DNA of 64,000 nucleotides, taken from contig CAXXLZ010000002.1 of assembly GCA_963675595.2 (NCBI GenBank), forward strand, positions 2,720,001 through 2,784,000. Reading direction: 5' to 3'. The translations under genes were made by a program, and so were the position numbers. Under the pieces are notes generated by a model, which was given only the letters and a program-made list of their open reading frames with translations, was not told where the DNA came from and made no database searches. Positions 20,257-29,648 of the stretch are shown here, piece after piece. The stretch comes from Thermodesulfobacteriota bacterium. GTDB lineage: Bacteria; Desulfobacterota; Desulfarculia; JACQYL01. Within the stretch, counting starts at the first letter, position 1. The number at the start of each line of letters is the position of its first letter.

Positions 20257-20454
20257 ATGAAAACGATTAAAATCAAAGGAATGTCCTGCAATCACTGCGT
20301 GGCCGCAGTGACCAAGGCCCTGGGAGAAATCGACGGGATTTCCAACGTCAAGGTGAGCTTGGAGCAAGGCGAGGCCGCCTTCGAAGAAGGGAAACCCGTT
20401 GATGACGGAACCATCAAGAACGCCGTCAAGAAGGCGGGATTCGAAGTAATCTAA
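20257..20454 (+). CDS. copZ: heavy-metal (copper) chaperone
   Basis: GMSCNHC HMA motif, AGFEV tail. Confidence 0.9.
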   Translation: MKTIKIKGMSCNHCVAAVTKALGEIDGISNVKVSLEQGEAAFEEGKPVDDGTIKNAVKKAGFEVI

Positions 20455-20661
20455 AACACATGCGGGGTTCGCCGGGGCGATCCCCTGAAAACTAGTGTAA
20501 CGGCGAGCCGATAGGAAACGAAAAAATACGAGCCTCATGGTTTGCCTGAGTGAAGCCGGCAAGCGCAACGTCAAGACAAAGTAGTGACTCGAAGTTCTCC
20601 GTTTTCATCGTCTCGCCAAGAAATCGGGGCGATTTCTCTACCCCTGGGAGGAAGAGAACAA

Positions 20662-21156
20662 ATGATCTACGAATTCAGTGCGGATGAAGTACTTCAGATG
20701 GCGGTGGATGTTGAAGTAGACGGGATTGAATTTTACGGCAAGGCCGAGGAAATGGTGGACGATGTCGAACTGAAGAAGACACTCAAATTCCTCGGGGATC
20801 AGGAAGTCGCTCACAAAGAGAAGTTCCTGGAGTTGAAGAGAGCACTGTCTGCGTCCGCCAAAGAGCAGACGGTATGGGATCCGGAATCCGAACTGTGTTC
20901 CTACTTGGGAATGATGGCGGAACTTCATGTCTTCAAGTCCAAAGGGGGACCTCGGAACCTTCTGGCCAAGGTCGAAGGCGAAGAGGACGTTCTGGACATG
21001 GCAATTCGATTCGAGAAAGATTCCATCCTGTTTTTCTACTCTCTGTCGGAGATGGTGGAGGACGAGGAAGCTCGCAAGACCATCGGCGCTCTGATCAAGG
21101 AAGAACAGAACCACCTGAAGACGCTTGCGGTAAAGCTCCTTGCATTAAGGAAATGA
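20662..21156 (+). CDS. ferritin-like/rubrerythrin-family protein
   Basis: MAVDVEVDGIEFY, QEVAH, MAIRFEKDSILFF, EEQNH. Confidence 0.85.
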   Translation: MIYEFSADEVLQMAVDVEVDGIEFYGKAEEMVDDVELKKTLKFLGDQEVAHKEKFLELKRALSASAKEQTVWDPESELCSYLGMMAELHVFKSKGGPRNLLAKVEGEEDVLDMAIRFEKDSILFFYSLSEMVEDEEARKTIGALIKEEQNHLKTLAVKLLALRK

Positions 21157-21220
21157 TGCCGCGCCTTCCGGAAGTCTTCAAAGAGAGCAGAGGAACAAGA
21201 ATCAGCCCGGGGGAATACGC

Positions 21221-22357
21221 ATGGCGGAAACCGTCTCCGACCGCCTCGACAGACAGCACTTGGCCATACTGAAAGAGGCTGTGGACAATACGAACGAGGC
21301 TTTTGTCACCATCGATCTGAACCACCGGGTCATGTTTTTCAACAGGGCGGCGGAGCGTTTTTTCGGGTACGGCCGAGAAGAAATTCTGGGACGGGATTTG
21401 AACTTGATTCTTTCACCCATGTGTTCCCGGGATCACAAAGCGGCTGTCGATCGTTACATTCAAACCAGAGAAAAAAAGATGCTCGGCAAAGAAACCGAGT
21501 TTATGGTCACCAGGAAGAACGGGGAAACCTTTCCCGCCTCCATTTCATTTTCGGTATCCGAAATCGATCAAGAACTCTACTTTACCGGCATCGTTCGGGA
21601 TTTGACCGTAACCAAGACATTGCAGGAGCAGGTATCCAAGGCGGAACGCCTGGCCGCTCTGGGTCAGGTCGTGGCGGAAATCACCCATGAAATCAAGAAT
21701 CCACTCATGCTGATCGGTGGATTCGCAAGGCAGGTGGCAAGAAGCGTCAAAGAACAAGAGAACGCAGATAAGCTGGATATCATCAGCAGAGAGATTTCCC
21801 GCCTGGAGAACCTTTTGGCGGAGCTCCGAGAACTGTATCGTTTCGGCAAACCCTCTTTCTCGGACTTGGACGTTTCATCAGTTGTTCACGAGGTGCTGGA
21901 TCTCGTCTCGGACGAGGCTCGAGATCGGCATATCGAAATCTCCTCCCAAGGAGTTGCCTATCCGGTGCTGATCCGGGGAGATCGAGACAAGCTCAAGCAA
22001 GTCTTGATCAATCTGGTCAAGAATTCCATGGAGGCAATGGAAGAGGAGGGGAAAATCCGGGTCGAACTAGACATGAATCGCAGCATGGCGCATCTGTTGG
22101 TGGCGGACAATGGACCCGGGATTCCGGAAAAGGACCGCCAAGCCGTCTTCGATCCGTTCTTCACCACCAAGCCCCGCGGTACGGGTCTGGGTTTGGCCGT
22201 TTCCAAGAGAATCGTAGAGGACCACAACGGAACCTTCAGCCTGGAATCGGAAGAGGGAAAAGGAACCAGCATCAGAATCGACATTCCCATTTCCCAAACG
22301 GAAGAACGCGTTGATGGAGACAACATCCCGTCGGACGGGCGGCGCGCCGCATTCTGA
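21221..22357 (+). CDS. cytoplasmic PAS-domain sensor histidine kinase
   Basis: PAS (FNRAAERFFGY), H-box ITHEIKNPL, N-box NLVKNS, DNGPG, FDPFFTTK, GTGLGL. Confidence 0.92.
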   Translation: MAETVSDRLDRQHLAILKEAVDNTNEAFVTIDLNHRVMFFNRAAERFFGYGREEILGRDLNLILSPMCSRDHKAAVDRYIQTREKKMLGKETEFMVTRKNGETFPASISFSVSEIDQELYFTGIVRDLTVTKTLQEQVSKAERLAALGQVVAEITHEIKNPLMLIGGFARQVARSVKEQENADKLDIISREISRLENLLAELRELYRFGKPSFSDLDVSSVVHEVLDLVSDEARDRHIEISSQGVAYPVLIRGDRDKLKQVLINLVKNSMEAMEEEGKIRVELDMNRSMAHLLVADNGPGIPEKDRQAVFDPFFTTKPRGTGLGLAVSKRIVEDHNGTFSLESEEGKGTSIRIDIPISQTEERVDGDNIPSDGRRAAF

Positions 22358-22382
22358 AAGCATTGCACATGAGGGGAGAACA

Positions 22383-23573
22383 ATGAAACCGATCAAAATC
22401 ACCGAAAACATCTATTGGGTTGGAGCCATCGACTGGAACGTCCGCGACTTCCACGGCTACCTCACGAAAGAGGGCACCACCTACAACTCCTTCTTGATCA
22501 TGGACGACAAGATCACGTTGATCGATACTGTCAAGAAACCTTTTGCCAGAGAAATGCTGGCTCGCATCAGCGAAATCGTGGACCCGTCCAAAGTCGATCT
22601 TATGATCAGCAACCACACGGAACCGGACCACTCCGGGGCGCTCCCTGAAATCATGGACGCCATCGGTCGAGAAAAGCCTTTGATTTGCTCCAAGATGGGA
22701 CGGAAAAACCTGTCCGCCCATTTCCCCAACGAATGGAACTACCAGACCGTGGAGGACGGGGAACAACTCAAGCTGGGAAAACGTTCCCTCACCTTTCTCG
22801 AAACCCGCATGCTCCACTGGCCGGACAGCATGTTCAGTTATGTCAACGAAGACAAGATTCTGTTTTCCAGCGACGCTTTCGGCCAACATTACGCAGGTCC
22901 CGAGCTCTTCGACGACGAAGTCGGGGACGCCATCATGCCCCATGCGCTCAAATACTTCGCCAACATCCTGAATCTTTTCTCTCCCTTGATTCTGAAACTG
23001 GCGGAACGCGTCACCGGGATGGGACTCGAATTCAACATTATTTGTCCGGACCACGGGATCATTTGGAGAAAAGACCCTGGAAAGATCATTCAGGCCTATG
23101 TGGATTGGAGCCTTCAGAAACCCACCAAGAAGGCCGTCATCGTTTACGATACCATGTGGCACAGTACCCAGTACATGGCCGAAGCCATTGCCGAAGCTCT
23201 GCAAGAGGAAGGCATACCGACCCTGCCCATGCATCTCCGGACCTCCCACCGCAGCGACGTAATAACCCAGATCCACGAGGCCGGACTCGTCCTCGTGGGC
23301 TCTCCCACTTTGAACAACGGGATTTTTCCCACGGTCGCCGATTTCCTCACCTACATGAAGGGTCTTCGGCCACAGAACAAGATTGGAGCGGCTTTCGGTT
23401 CCTACGGCTGGAGCGGAGAAGCGGTCAAGATCATCAGCGCGGAACTCGAAGCGAGCAAGATCGAATTGGCGGATCCCGGCCTCAGGCTGTCATTCGTGCC
23501 GAATAAAGAAGGGATTGAGGCCTGCCGCGCCTTCGGCAAGAAGATGGCCAAGGCCCTTCTGGATCGTCTGTAG
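22383..23573 (+). CDS. fprA: flavodiiron protein (FprA/rubredoxin:oxygen or NO reductase)
   Basis: GTTYNS, NHTEPDHSG, MLHWPDSM, SSDAFGQH, PDHG; C-terminal flavodoxin FGSYGWSGEA. Confidence 0.95.
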   Translation: MKPIKITENIYWVGAIDWNVRDFHGYLTKEGTTYNSFLIMDDKITLIDTVKKPFAREMLARISEIVDPSKVDLMISNHTEPDHSGALPEIMDAIGREKPLICSKMGRKNLSAHFPNEWNYQTVEDGEQLKLGKRSLTFLETRMLHWPDSMFSYVNEDKILFSSDAFGQHYAGPELFDDEVGDAIMPHALKYFANILNLFSPLILKLAERVTGMGLEFNIICPDHGIIWRKDPGKIIQAYVDWSLQKPTKKAVIVYDTMWHSTQYMAEAIAEALQEEGIPTLPMHLRTSHRSDVITQIHEAGLVLVGSPTLNNGIFPTVADFLTYMKGLRPQNKIGAAFGSYGWSGEAVKIISAELEASKIELADPGLRLSFVPNKEGIEACRAFGKKMAKALLDRL

Positions 23574-23786
23574 GCCCGATCGAATTCTCGTTGAGCCTGC
23601 AAGTCGTCCCACGGAATTTCCTGAACGAAGATGCAGGCTTTCTTCGGCATGAACGAGGTCTTTTCCGTTTGAAGGTTCCCTTTTGAGTGGTAATAGAGAA
23701 AGAAAGGACCGCCTCCGGCAGTCGGCCGGAAGGCGGACTGATCAACAAACCGACTTTCTTCTCTATCCATAATGAGGTGACGTTCA

Positions 23787-23984
23787 ATGGTTAAGACGAA
23801 ATACAGAGTGGTTTCCGTGTGTCCAAACTGTGAGTTGGGAGATTTGTCCTTTTCGATCACCGGAAAGATTCGGGACAAAATGATCGGAATGATCGACGAG
23901 GTTTCCGAGGAAATGGAAGTAAACTGTCCCATCTGCGGAAAGAGGCACAAAACCAAGGTGATTGAAGTAACCGAGGAGAACTAG
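23787..23984 (+). CDS. small zinc-ribbon-like protein (paralog of 14124-14306)
   Basis: KYRVVSVCPNCELGD...EVNCPICGKRHKTKV; RBS GAGGTG. Confidence 0.75.
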   Translation: MVKTKYRVVSVCPNCELGDLSFSITGKIRDKMIGMIDEVSEEMEVNCPICGKRHKTKVIEVTEEN

Positions 23985-23989
23985 ACGCT

Positions 23990-24589
23990 ATGATGGTTGT
24001 CGGCGTTTACGGAAGTCCCAGAAAGCACGGGAATACGGATAAGCTTCTGGACCGCGCTCTGGATGGAGTGCGAGACGCGGGAGCCGAGATCGAAATGATC
24101 GTGGCTCGCGACTTGTCTCCCAGCGGCGGCTGTTTGGAATGCGGAGGTTGCGAGAAAACCGGAAAGTGCGTGGTTCGCGACGACATGGATAAGGTCTATC
24201 CCTTATTCGAGAAGGCGGATGCCGTCATTCTCTCCGCTCCCGTATTCTTCTACGGAGTTCCCGCCCAGGTCAAAGCGGTGATCGACCGTTCCCAGGCCAT
24301 GTGGTCCCAACGACTTCTGAGAAAAACGACCTCCGAAGATCGAAAGGTGTTCGATTCCGGGAAGGGGTATCTCATCGCTGTAGGGGCCACCCGCGGAAAA
24401 CAGCTCTTCGACGGAGTCATTCTCACGGCCAAGTACTTCTACGATGCTTTGGACATGGAGTACGGCGGCGAGCTGCTTTTCCGAGGCCTTGACGGCAGAA
24501 AGGATGTCGACGAACACCCTGAGATGCTCTCCGAGGCCTACGAACTGGGAAAAAGAGTTGTCTTGGAGGGAACGGGCGGCCCTGCCTGA
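23990..24589 (+). CDS. flavodoxin family / iron-sulfur flavoprotein
   Basis: GSPRKHGNT, CLECGGC....C..DDM, APVFF, KAVIDR. Confidence 0.9.
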   Translation: MMVVGVYGSPRKHGNTDKLLDRALDGVRDAGAEIEMIVARDLSPSGGCLECGGCEKTGKCVVRDDMDKVYPLFEKADAVILSAPVFFYGVPAQVKAVIDRSQAMWSQRLLRKTTSEDRKVFDSGKGYLIAVGATRGKQLFDGVILTAKYFYDALDMEYGGELLFRGLDGRKDVDEHPEMLSEAYELGKRVVLEGTGGPA

Positions 24590-24669
24590 TCCTCCGTATC
24601 GAACGAACAAGCGGTCCCCAACGCTTCGGCGTAAAGGGACCGCCTCACCCGCCCTTTTGCGTCGGGGCC

Positions 24670-25467
24670 GTGGGAGAGCATGTTATGCCGGCTCCATCAG
24701 GAAGGGTGTTGAAGACGCATGTGAGACTGCTGCTGCGGGAGGTCTCCCTGGAGGATATTCCTTCCCGACTGCTGGAATTCCCACCGGCCAAGCTCGTCGG
24801 TCCCCTTGCTGCGGAGCTCTGCAACCCCGATCCTCGGGTTCGCTGGAAGGCCGTCATAGTCCTGGGGAAAGTGACCGCGCGTTGGGCCGACGAAGACCCC
24901 GATGCCGCACGAGAAGTCATACGACGGTTTATGTGGAACTTGAACGACGAATCCGGCGGCATCGGATGGGGCGCCGCGGAAGCCATGGGCGCCGCTCTGG
25001 CGGAACATCCCGTGCTTGCGCGTGAGTACGCCCCGATCCTTCTTTCCTATATCAACGAAAAGGGAAATTTCCTGGACCACCCGGTGTTGCTCCGCGGCGC
25101 GGTTTGGGCGGTCGGCTTTCTCGCCCGGTCACGGCCCGAACTGCTCCAAGACGCTCCGGCCCTTCTGATCCCCCTGCTCGATTCCGAGGATATGGAAACC
25201 AAAGGGTCGGCCGCCTGGGCGCTGCAACCTTTTTCTTCCCCGGAGGCCGATTCTCGACTCCGCTCTCTAGTTGATATCGACGAAGAGATCCCGCTCTTCA
25301 ACGGCAGGGAAATCCGCCAAACCTCCGTCGGCCTGCTTGCTCAACAGGGATTACACCGAAACTCGGTCGAAGGAGTACCGGACGGGGAACGCACCGGACT
25401 TCCCGGCGGCGACTCATCGGCTGATGACGACTCCCATTCATGCCGCACCGTCGCACCTATCAGATGA
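24670..25467 (+). CDS. HEAT-repeat protein (DVU0298-like)
   Basis: RRFMWNLNDESGGIGWGAAEAMG conserved block; GAVWAVG. Start uncertain. Confidence 0.75.
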   Translation: MGEHVMPAPSGRVLKTHVRLLLREVSLEDIPSRLLEFPPAKLVGPLAAELCNPDPRVRWKAVIVLGKVTARWADEDPDAAREVIRRFMWNLNDESGGIGWGAAEAMGAALAEHPVLAREYAPILLSYINEKGNFLDHPVLLRGAVWAVGFLARSRPELLQDAPALLIPLLDSEDMETKGSAAWALQPFSSPEADSRLRSLVDIDEEIPLFNGREIRQTSVGLLAQQGLHRNSVEGVPDGERTGLPGGDSSADDDSHSCRTVAPIR

Positions 25468-25480
25468 AGGAGCGGTCTAG

Positions 25481-26659
25481 ATGGAACCTTTGAATCCCGA
25501 AAAAGGCTCCAAAACCCGGCCGGCCTTCGATGTTGTATTTCCCACGGTGAGTCGGCCTCCGCCCTCGAAAACAGACCGGCTCGGGCCGCCGGAAGACGCC
25601 GTCCCCCCGAGTCCCGGCCAACAATTCGTATCCGGCATATTGGACACGCCCGCGGGCCCCGTGCCTATCGTCGTTCCCCAAAAGGAGGCGGCGGATTTCC
25701 GGGGAACCTTCAGGGCACGATGGGGCGTGGGCCGCATGCGCTATGCGGTGGATCCCGGACTCTATGCCCTGAGAAAGCCCACCGAAGACTCGCCCGTGCT
25801 GGTTACGGCCAATTACAAGATGAGCTTCGACCGCCTCCGCTTCTCCCTTCAAGGCCGCAGTGCATGGATTCTCGTCTTGGACACCAAAGGAATCAACGTA
25901 TGGTGCGCCGCCGGCAAAGGGACGTTCAGTACCGAGGAACTGGTGAGACGCGTTGATTTCTGCGCTGTGGACAAGGTGGTGACCCATCGGAGGTTGATTC
26001 TTCCCCAGTTGGCCGGGCCCGGGGTGGCCGCCTACCGGGTCAAGAAACTCTGCGGGTTCGAAGTCGTCTATGGGCCCATCCGCGCCGAGGACCTGCCGGA
26101 ATTTCTCGACGCCGGCATGAAGGTCGTTCCGCGCATGAGGCATAAAACGTTTCCCATCGCCGAACGCGTGGTGCTGATTCCCGTGGAGTTGGTTGAGGCC
26201 TTCAAATGGGCCGTCTTTATTCTTCCCGCTCTTTTTTTGTTGGGCGGGCTGGGCGGTCCCGGCTCATTCCCGGAGAACGCTCTGATCCACGGGAGCTTCG
26301 CCGTTGCCGCCGCTTCACTGGGCATTTTGGCCGGAGCGGTGTTGACGCCGACGCTGCTTCCTTGGCTGCCCGGGCGGGCATTTTCCATGAAAGGGGCGGT
26401 GGCAGGCTGTCTGACCTCCATCCCATTGTTCGCCTATTACGCTTTACAGGGCCTGTCCGGCGCTCGATCGTTGGAAATTCTCTCGTGGCTGGTTCTGATT
26501 CCGGCCATCGCATCCTTCCTCGGGATGAACTTTACCGGAGCCTCTACCTACACTTCGCTTTCCGGAGTGAAGAAAGAAATGAGAATAGCGGTGCCCATCC
26601 AGATCGTTTCGGCGGCCTTGGGACTGGCCGGATGGTTGATTTCCCGATTCCTTGCATAA
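25481..26659 (+). CDS. hgcA: mercury methylation corrinoid protein HgcA
   Basis: Cap helix GINVWCAAGKG (NVWCAAGK at 25895-25918), VLVTANYKMSFD, LILPQLA, several C-terminal TM helices, FTGASTYTSLSGVKKEM. Confidence 0.96.
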   Translation: MEPLNPEKGSKTRPAFDVVFPTVSRPPPSKTDRLGPPEDAVPPSPGQQFVSGILDTPAGPVPIVVPQKEAADFRGTFRARWGVGRMRYAVDPGLYALRKPTEDSPVLVTANYKMSFDRLRFSLQGRSAWILVLDTKGINVWCAAGKGTFSTEELVRRVDFCAVDKVVTHRRLILPQLAGPGVAAYRVKKLCGFEVVYGPIRAEDLPEFLDAGMKVVPRMRHKTFPIAERVVLIPVELVEAFKWAVFILPALFLLGGLGGPGSFPENALIHGSFAVAAASLGILAGAVLTPTLLPWLPGRAFSMKGAVAGCLTSIPLFAYYALQGLSGARSLEILSWLVLIPAIASFLGMNFTGASTYTSLSGVKKEMRIAVPIQIVSAALGLAGWLISRFLA

Positions 26660-26708
26660 CGACGCATCGACTGCGCCTTTGCGCCGGAAGTTAAGGAAGG
26701 AGACGAAT

Positions 26709-27017
26709 GTGGAATCCCTGGTCTATTTGAAGGACGTAACGACCCTCCACCTGACGCCGGAGAAGTGCGTGGGGTGCGGTTCGTGCATTGAGGTCTGCCC
26801 TCATGAAGTGCTTCTTCTGAACAACGGGAAGGTACGGATTCTGCAGAAAGACGCGTGCATGGAATGCGGCGCCTGTGCTCGAAACTGCCCCACGGCAGCG
26901 TTGACCGTGCAGGCCGGCGTGGGATGCGCCATGGCGGTGATCAATTCGGCCTTGGGACGCTCCGGTTCGAGTTGCTGCACGTTGCCGGGCCAAGGCGGTT
27001 GCGGTTGTTCGCTGTGA
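26709..27017 (+). CDS. hgcB: mercury methylation ferredoxin HgcB
   Basis: Two CxxCxxCxxxCP motifs including CMECGAC, GVGCA, C-terminal SCC plus CGC; directly after hgcA; GTG start with AAGGAG RBS. Confidence 0.95.
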   Translation: MESLVYLKDVTTLHLTPEKCVGCGSCIEVCPHEVLLLNNGKVRILQKDACMECGACARNCPTAALTVQAGVGCAMAVINSALGRSGSSCCTLPGQGGCGCSL

Positions 27018-27039
27018 GGATTGAACTTGGATCGCGGAC

Positions 27040-27966
27040 TCAGGACGAAAAGAGCTCCGTGCTCAAGTAACGTTCCCCTGTGCTGGGCAGGACCGTCGCC
27101 AGAGTTTTCCCCTCGTTTTCAGGCCGAGCGGCCACGCGTAACAGAGCCGCCACGGCGGCGCCGGATGAAATCCCACAGAGCAGCCCTTCTTCCCGGGCCA
27201 GTCTGCGTGCCGTTTCGAAGGCCTCCTCATTGCCCACGGTAACGACTTCGTCGATGATGCTCCTATTCAGAACGGCCGGCACGAAACCCGCCCCGATCCC
27301 CTGAATCTTATGCGGACCGGGCTTGCCCCCGGACAGTATCGGAGAATCTTCCGGCTCCACGGCAACGGCCCGGAATCCGGGTTTGCGCTCCTTCAGCACT
27401 TCGGCCACTCCGGTGATCGTACCCCCGGTGCCCACTCCGGCCACAAAGACGTCCAACTCGCCGCCCGTGTCCGCCCACAGTTCCTCCGCGGTAGTACGCC
27501 GGTGCGCCTCCGCGTTGGCGGGATTGGAAAACTGGTCCGGCATGTAGGCGTCAGGGTTCGACTCGAGAATCTCGCGAGCTTTGGCCACCGCGCCCTTCAT
27601 TCCCTCGGACGCCGGGGTCAGCACGAGGTCGGCTCCCAGGTGTTTCAGGAGCTTTCGCCGTTCGACACTCATGGAATCCGGCATGGTGAGCACCAACCGA
27701 ATCTTCTTGACGGCGCAGACAAAGGCGAGAGCGATTCCCGTGTTGCCGCTGGTGGGTTCCACGATCAGCGTATCCGATCGGATCAGGCCTTGCTCCAGGC
27801 CATGTTCGATCATGGACACACCGATCCTGTCCTTCACGCTGCCCAAAGGATTCTTGAATTCGATCTTGGCCAGCAGCACCGCCCGAATGCCTCGACTCAT
27901 TGAGTGCAGACGAACCAGAGGCGTCCTCCCCACGGCAAAGGAAACGTCTTTCAGAATCCTACCCAT
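27040..27966 (-). CDS. cysK: cysteine synthase A
   Basis: [41 protein letters not shown]. Confidence 0.96.
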   Translation of the reverse strand: MGRILKDVSFAVGRTPLVRLHSMSRGIRAVLLAKIEFKNPLGSVKDRIGVSMIEHGLEQGLIRSDTLIVEPTSGNTGIALAFVCAVKKIRLVLTMPDSMSVERRKLLKHLGADLVLTPASEGMKGAVAKAREILESNPDAYMPDQFSNPANAEAHRRTTAEELWADTGGELDVFVAGVGTGGTITGVAEVLKERKPGFRAVAVEPEDSPILSGGKPGPHKIQGIGAGFVPAVLNRSIIDEVVTVGNEEAFETARRLAREEGLLCGISSGAAVAALLRVAARPENEGKTLATVLPSTGERYLSTELFSS

Positions 27967-27967
27967 T

Positions 27968-28954
27968 TCACGACCTCGTTTGGACCTTGACCGAAGATGA
28001 AACCGACGGACCTTTAAAAACCAGCTCAGGCTTGGCCACCGTGACTTTGGTATCCGGTGGAACGGATTCCGTAAGCCACACATTACCGCCCACCACCGAT
28101 CGAGCGCCGATTCGCGTGTCGCCCCCTAGGATGGTGGCTCCCGCGTAGATGATGACGTCGTCTTCAATGGTGGGGTGCCTTTTCTTATCCCGGTACAGGT
28201 CTCCCGCGTTCTTGGGCAAAGACAGCGCCCCCAGCGTCACTCCCTGGTACAGCCGCACACGGTCCCCGATTTCCGTGGTTTCCCCCACAACGACCCCGGT
28301 ACCGTGGTCGATGAAGAAACTCTGTCCGATGTGCGCCGCCGGATGGATGTCGATGCCTGTGAGGCTGTGCGCGTGTTCCGTCATAATCCGCGGAAGCAGA
28401 GGCACATCCAAATGGTACAACTCGTGAGCCGTCCGGTAGGCCGCAATGGCATACAACCCGGGATAACTGAAAATGATCTCGTCGACGCTCTTGGCCGCCG
28501 GGTCTCCTTCGTACCCAGCCCGCACATCGGTTCCCAGCACTCTGCGCAGCTCCGGAAGCTTGCGCAGAAACAGGATGGAACACTCCTTGGCTTTTTCCGA
28601 GCAATGAGTGCAAGCCAGATCATATCTCAGGCACTCGTGCCGGATGGCCAAAGCGGTCTGTTCGCAAAGTCGCTGGAACAACGCCGTGATTTTCTGGCCC
28701 AGATAGTACTCCAGGTTGATGGGGTCGATCCTGGCGGAGGTGAAATATCCCGGAAACAGCACCCTGAGAGTGGTCTCAAGAATTTCTATGATCGCGGCCT
28801 TGGTGGGAATGGGTTCCGGCCCCACATGATCATAGCAGTCGTCCAGACCGCACGAGTGCACCAGTTCCCGGACAATACCCGGGATTTCGGCGCGGACGTC
28901 GTCCGTGGCCGTCTGTTCCACCTTGCATGCGTCGGTCGAGGTTTCCCTCTTCAT
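27968..28954 (-). CDS. cysE: serine O-acetyltransferase (EpsC/CysE long form)
   Basis: [36 protein letters not shown]. Start may be 28990. Confidence 0.93.
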   Translation of the reverse strand: MKRETSTDACKVEQTATDDVRAEIPGIVRELVHSCGLDDCYDHVGPEPIPTKAAIIEILETTLRVLFPGYFTSARIDPINLEYYLGQKITALFQRLCEQTALAIRHECLRYDLACTHCSEKAKECSILFLRKLPELRRVLGTDVRAGYEGDPAAKSVDEIIFSYPGLYAIAAYRTAHELYHLDVPLLPRIMTEHAHSLTGIDIHPAAHIGQSFFIDHGTGVVVGETTEIGDRVRLYQGVTLGALSLPKNAGDLYRDKKRHPTIEDDVIIYAGATILGGDTRIGARSVVGGNVWLTESVPPDTKVTVAKPELVFKGPSVSSSVKVQTRS

Positions 28955-29259
28955 ATGAAATCCCGATTTCGTGGTTTGGTGAACGATCACCCCTCGGCAT
29001 TCATTTGCGAAAGCCTTTCCGCATGAAACGTCGGGGATTCCTTGCGGAATTCTTTTTCATCTCCAGGCGTCGGAGCCCCGTCCCATCGCACTCGCGTCAC
29101 CCATTCCCGTGATTGAGGAACGGGCGGCCGGCTTCGAGAGTCACCCTCGGCTCATCACGACGGAACAACTTCGCCGATACCGTCCGAGTCTTCTCGCGAT
29201 TGATGCCCCTCGCTCCGCGGGACGCGCTATCACCACGTGCGGGAATTTTTCGGACCAAA

Positions 29260-29306
29260 GTGACGAGGGATGAAGCGCAACACCGCGGATCGCGTTTTTC
29301 AACAGT
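29260..29306 (-). repeat. truncated copy of the MITE-like element at 7549-7706
   Basis: Reverse complement reads GTTGAAAAACGCGATCCGCGGTGTTGCGCTTCATCCCTCGTCAC, with 2 mismatches to 7559-7602. Confidence 0.75.
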
Positions 29307-29336
29307 CCGAGTATCGTGGGCTCATGGGGTAGTGGT

Positions 29337-29648
29337 CTAGTGCAGCGTTCGTCCCTTGGAATCCGATGCTCGGTCGCGGCTTCGAGGACGTCGCGAGGAG
29401 ATGTTGACGACCCGGGAGCCCTGTCCTCCCTGCACCCGGTGCGCCCGCCGGTAGGTGAACCAAGTGAGGAGTCCGGCGGCGGCGACTTGGAGGTAGCCGT
29501 AGTAGGAATGGAAAATCAGCTCGGGGGTGAAGAACACGGTCAGCGCCACGAGAGCGCCCAAATAGCCGAAAAACAAGGACACGGTGCGTTGGGTGCCCCA
29601 ATAGCCGTAGGTCACGCTGGTGCGCAACGGTCGTCTTTTCGCCTTCAT
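29337..29648 (-). CDS. small membrane protein (2 TM), coupled to the radical SAM gene
   Basis: ATGA overlap with the upstream stop; two hydrophobic segments. Confidence 0.55.
   Translation of the reverse strand: MKAKRRPLRTSVTYGYWGTQRTVSLFFGYLGALVALTVFFTPELIFHSYYGYLQVAAAGLLTWFTYRRAHRVQGGQGSRVVNISSRRPRSRDRASDSKGRTLH

Noticed and set aside
27015-27040. Selenocysteine read-through of the hgcB TGA stop
   Set aside because: The TGA follows Ser-Leu rather than occupying a Cys position, read-through would run into convergent cysK, and I saw no convincing SECIS.
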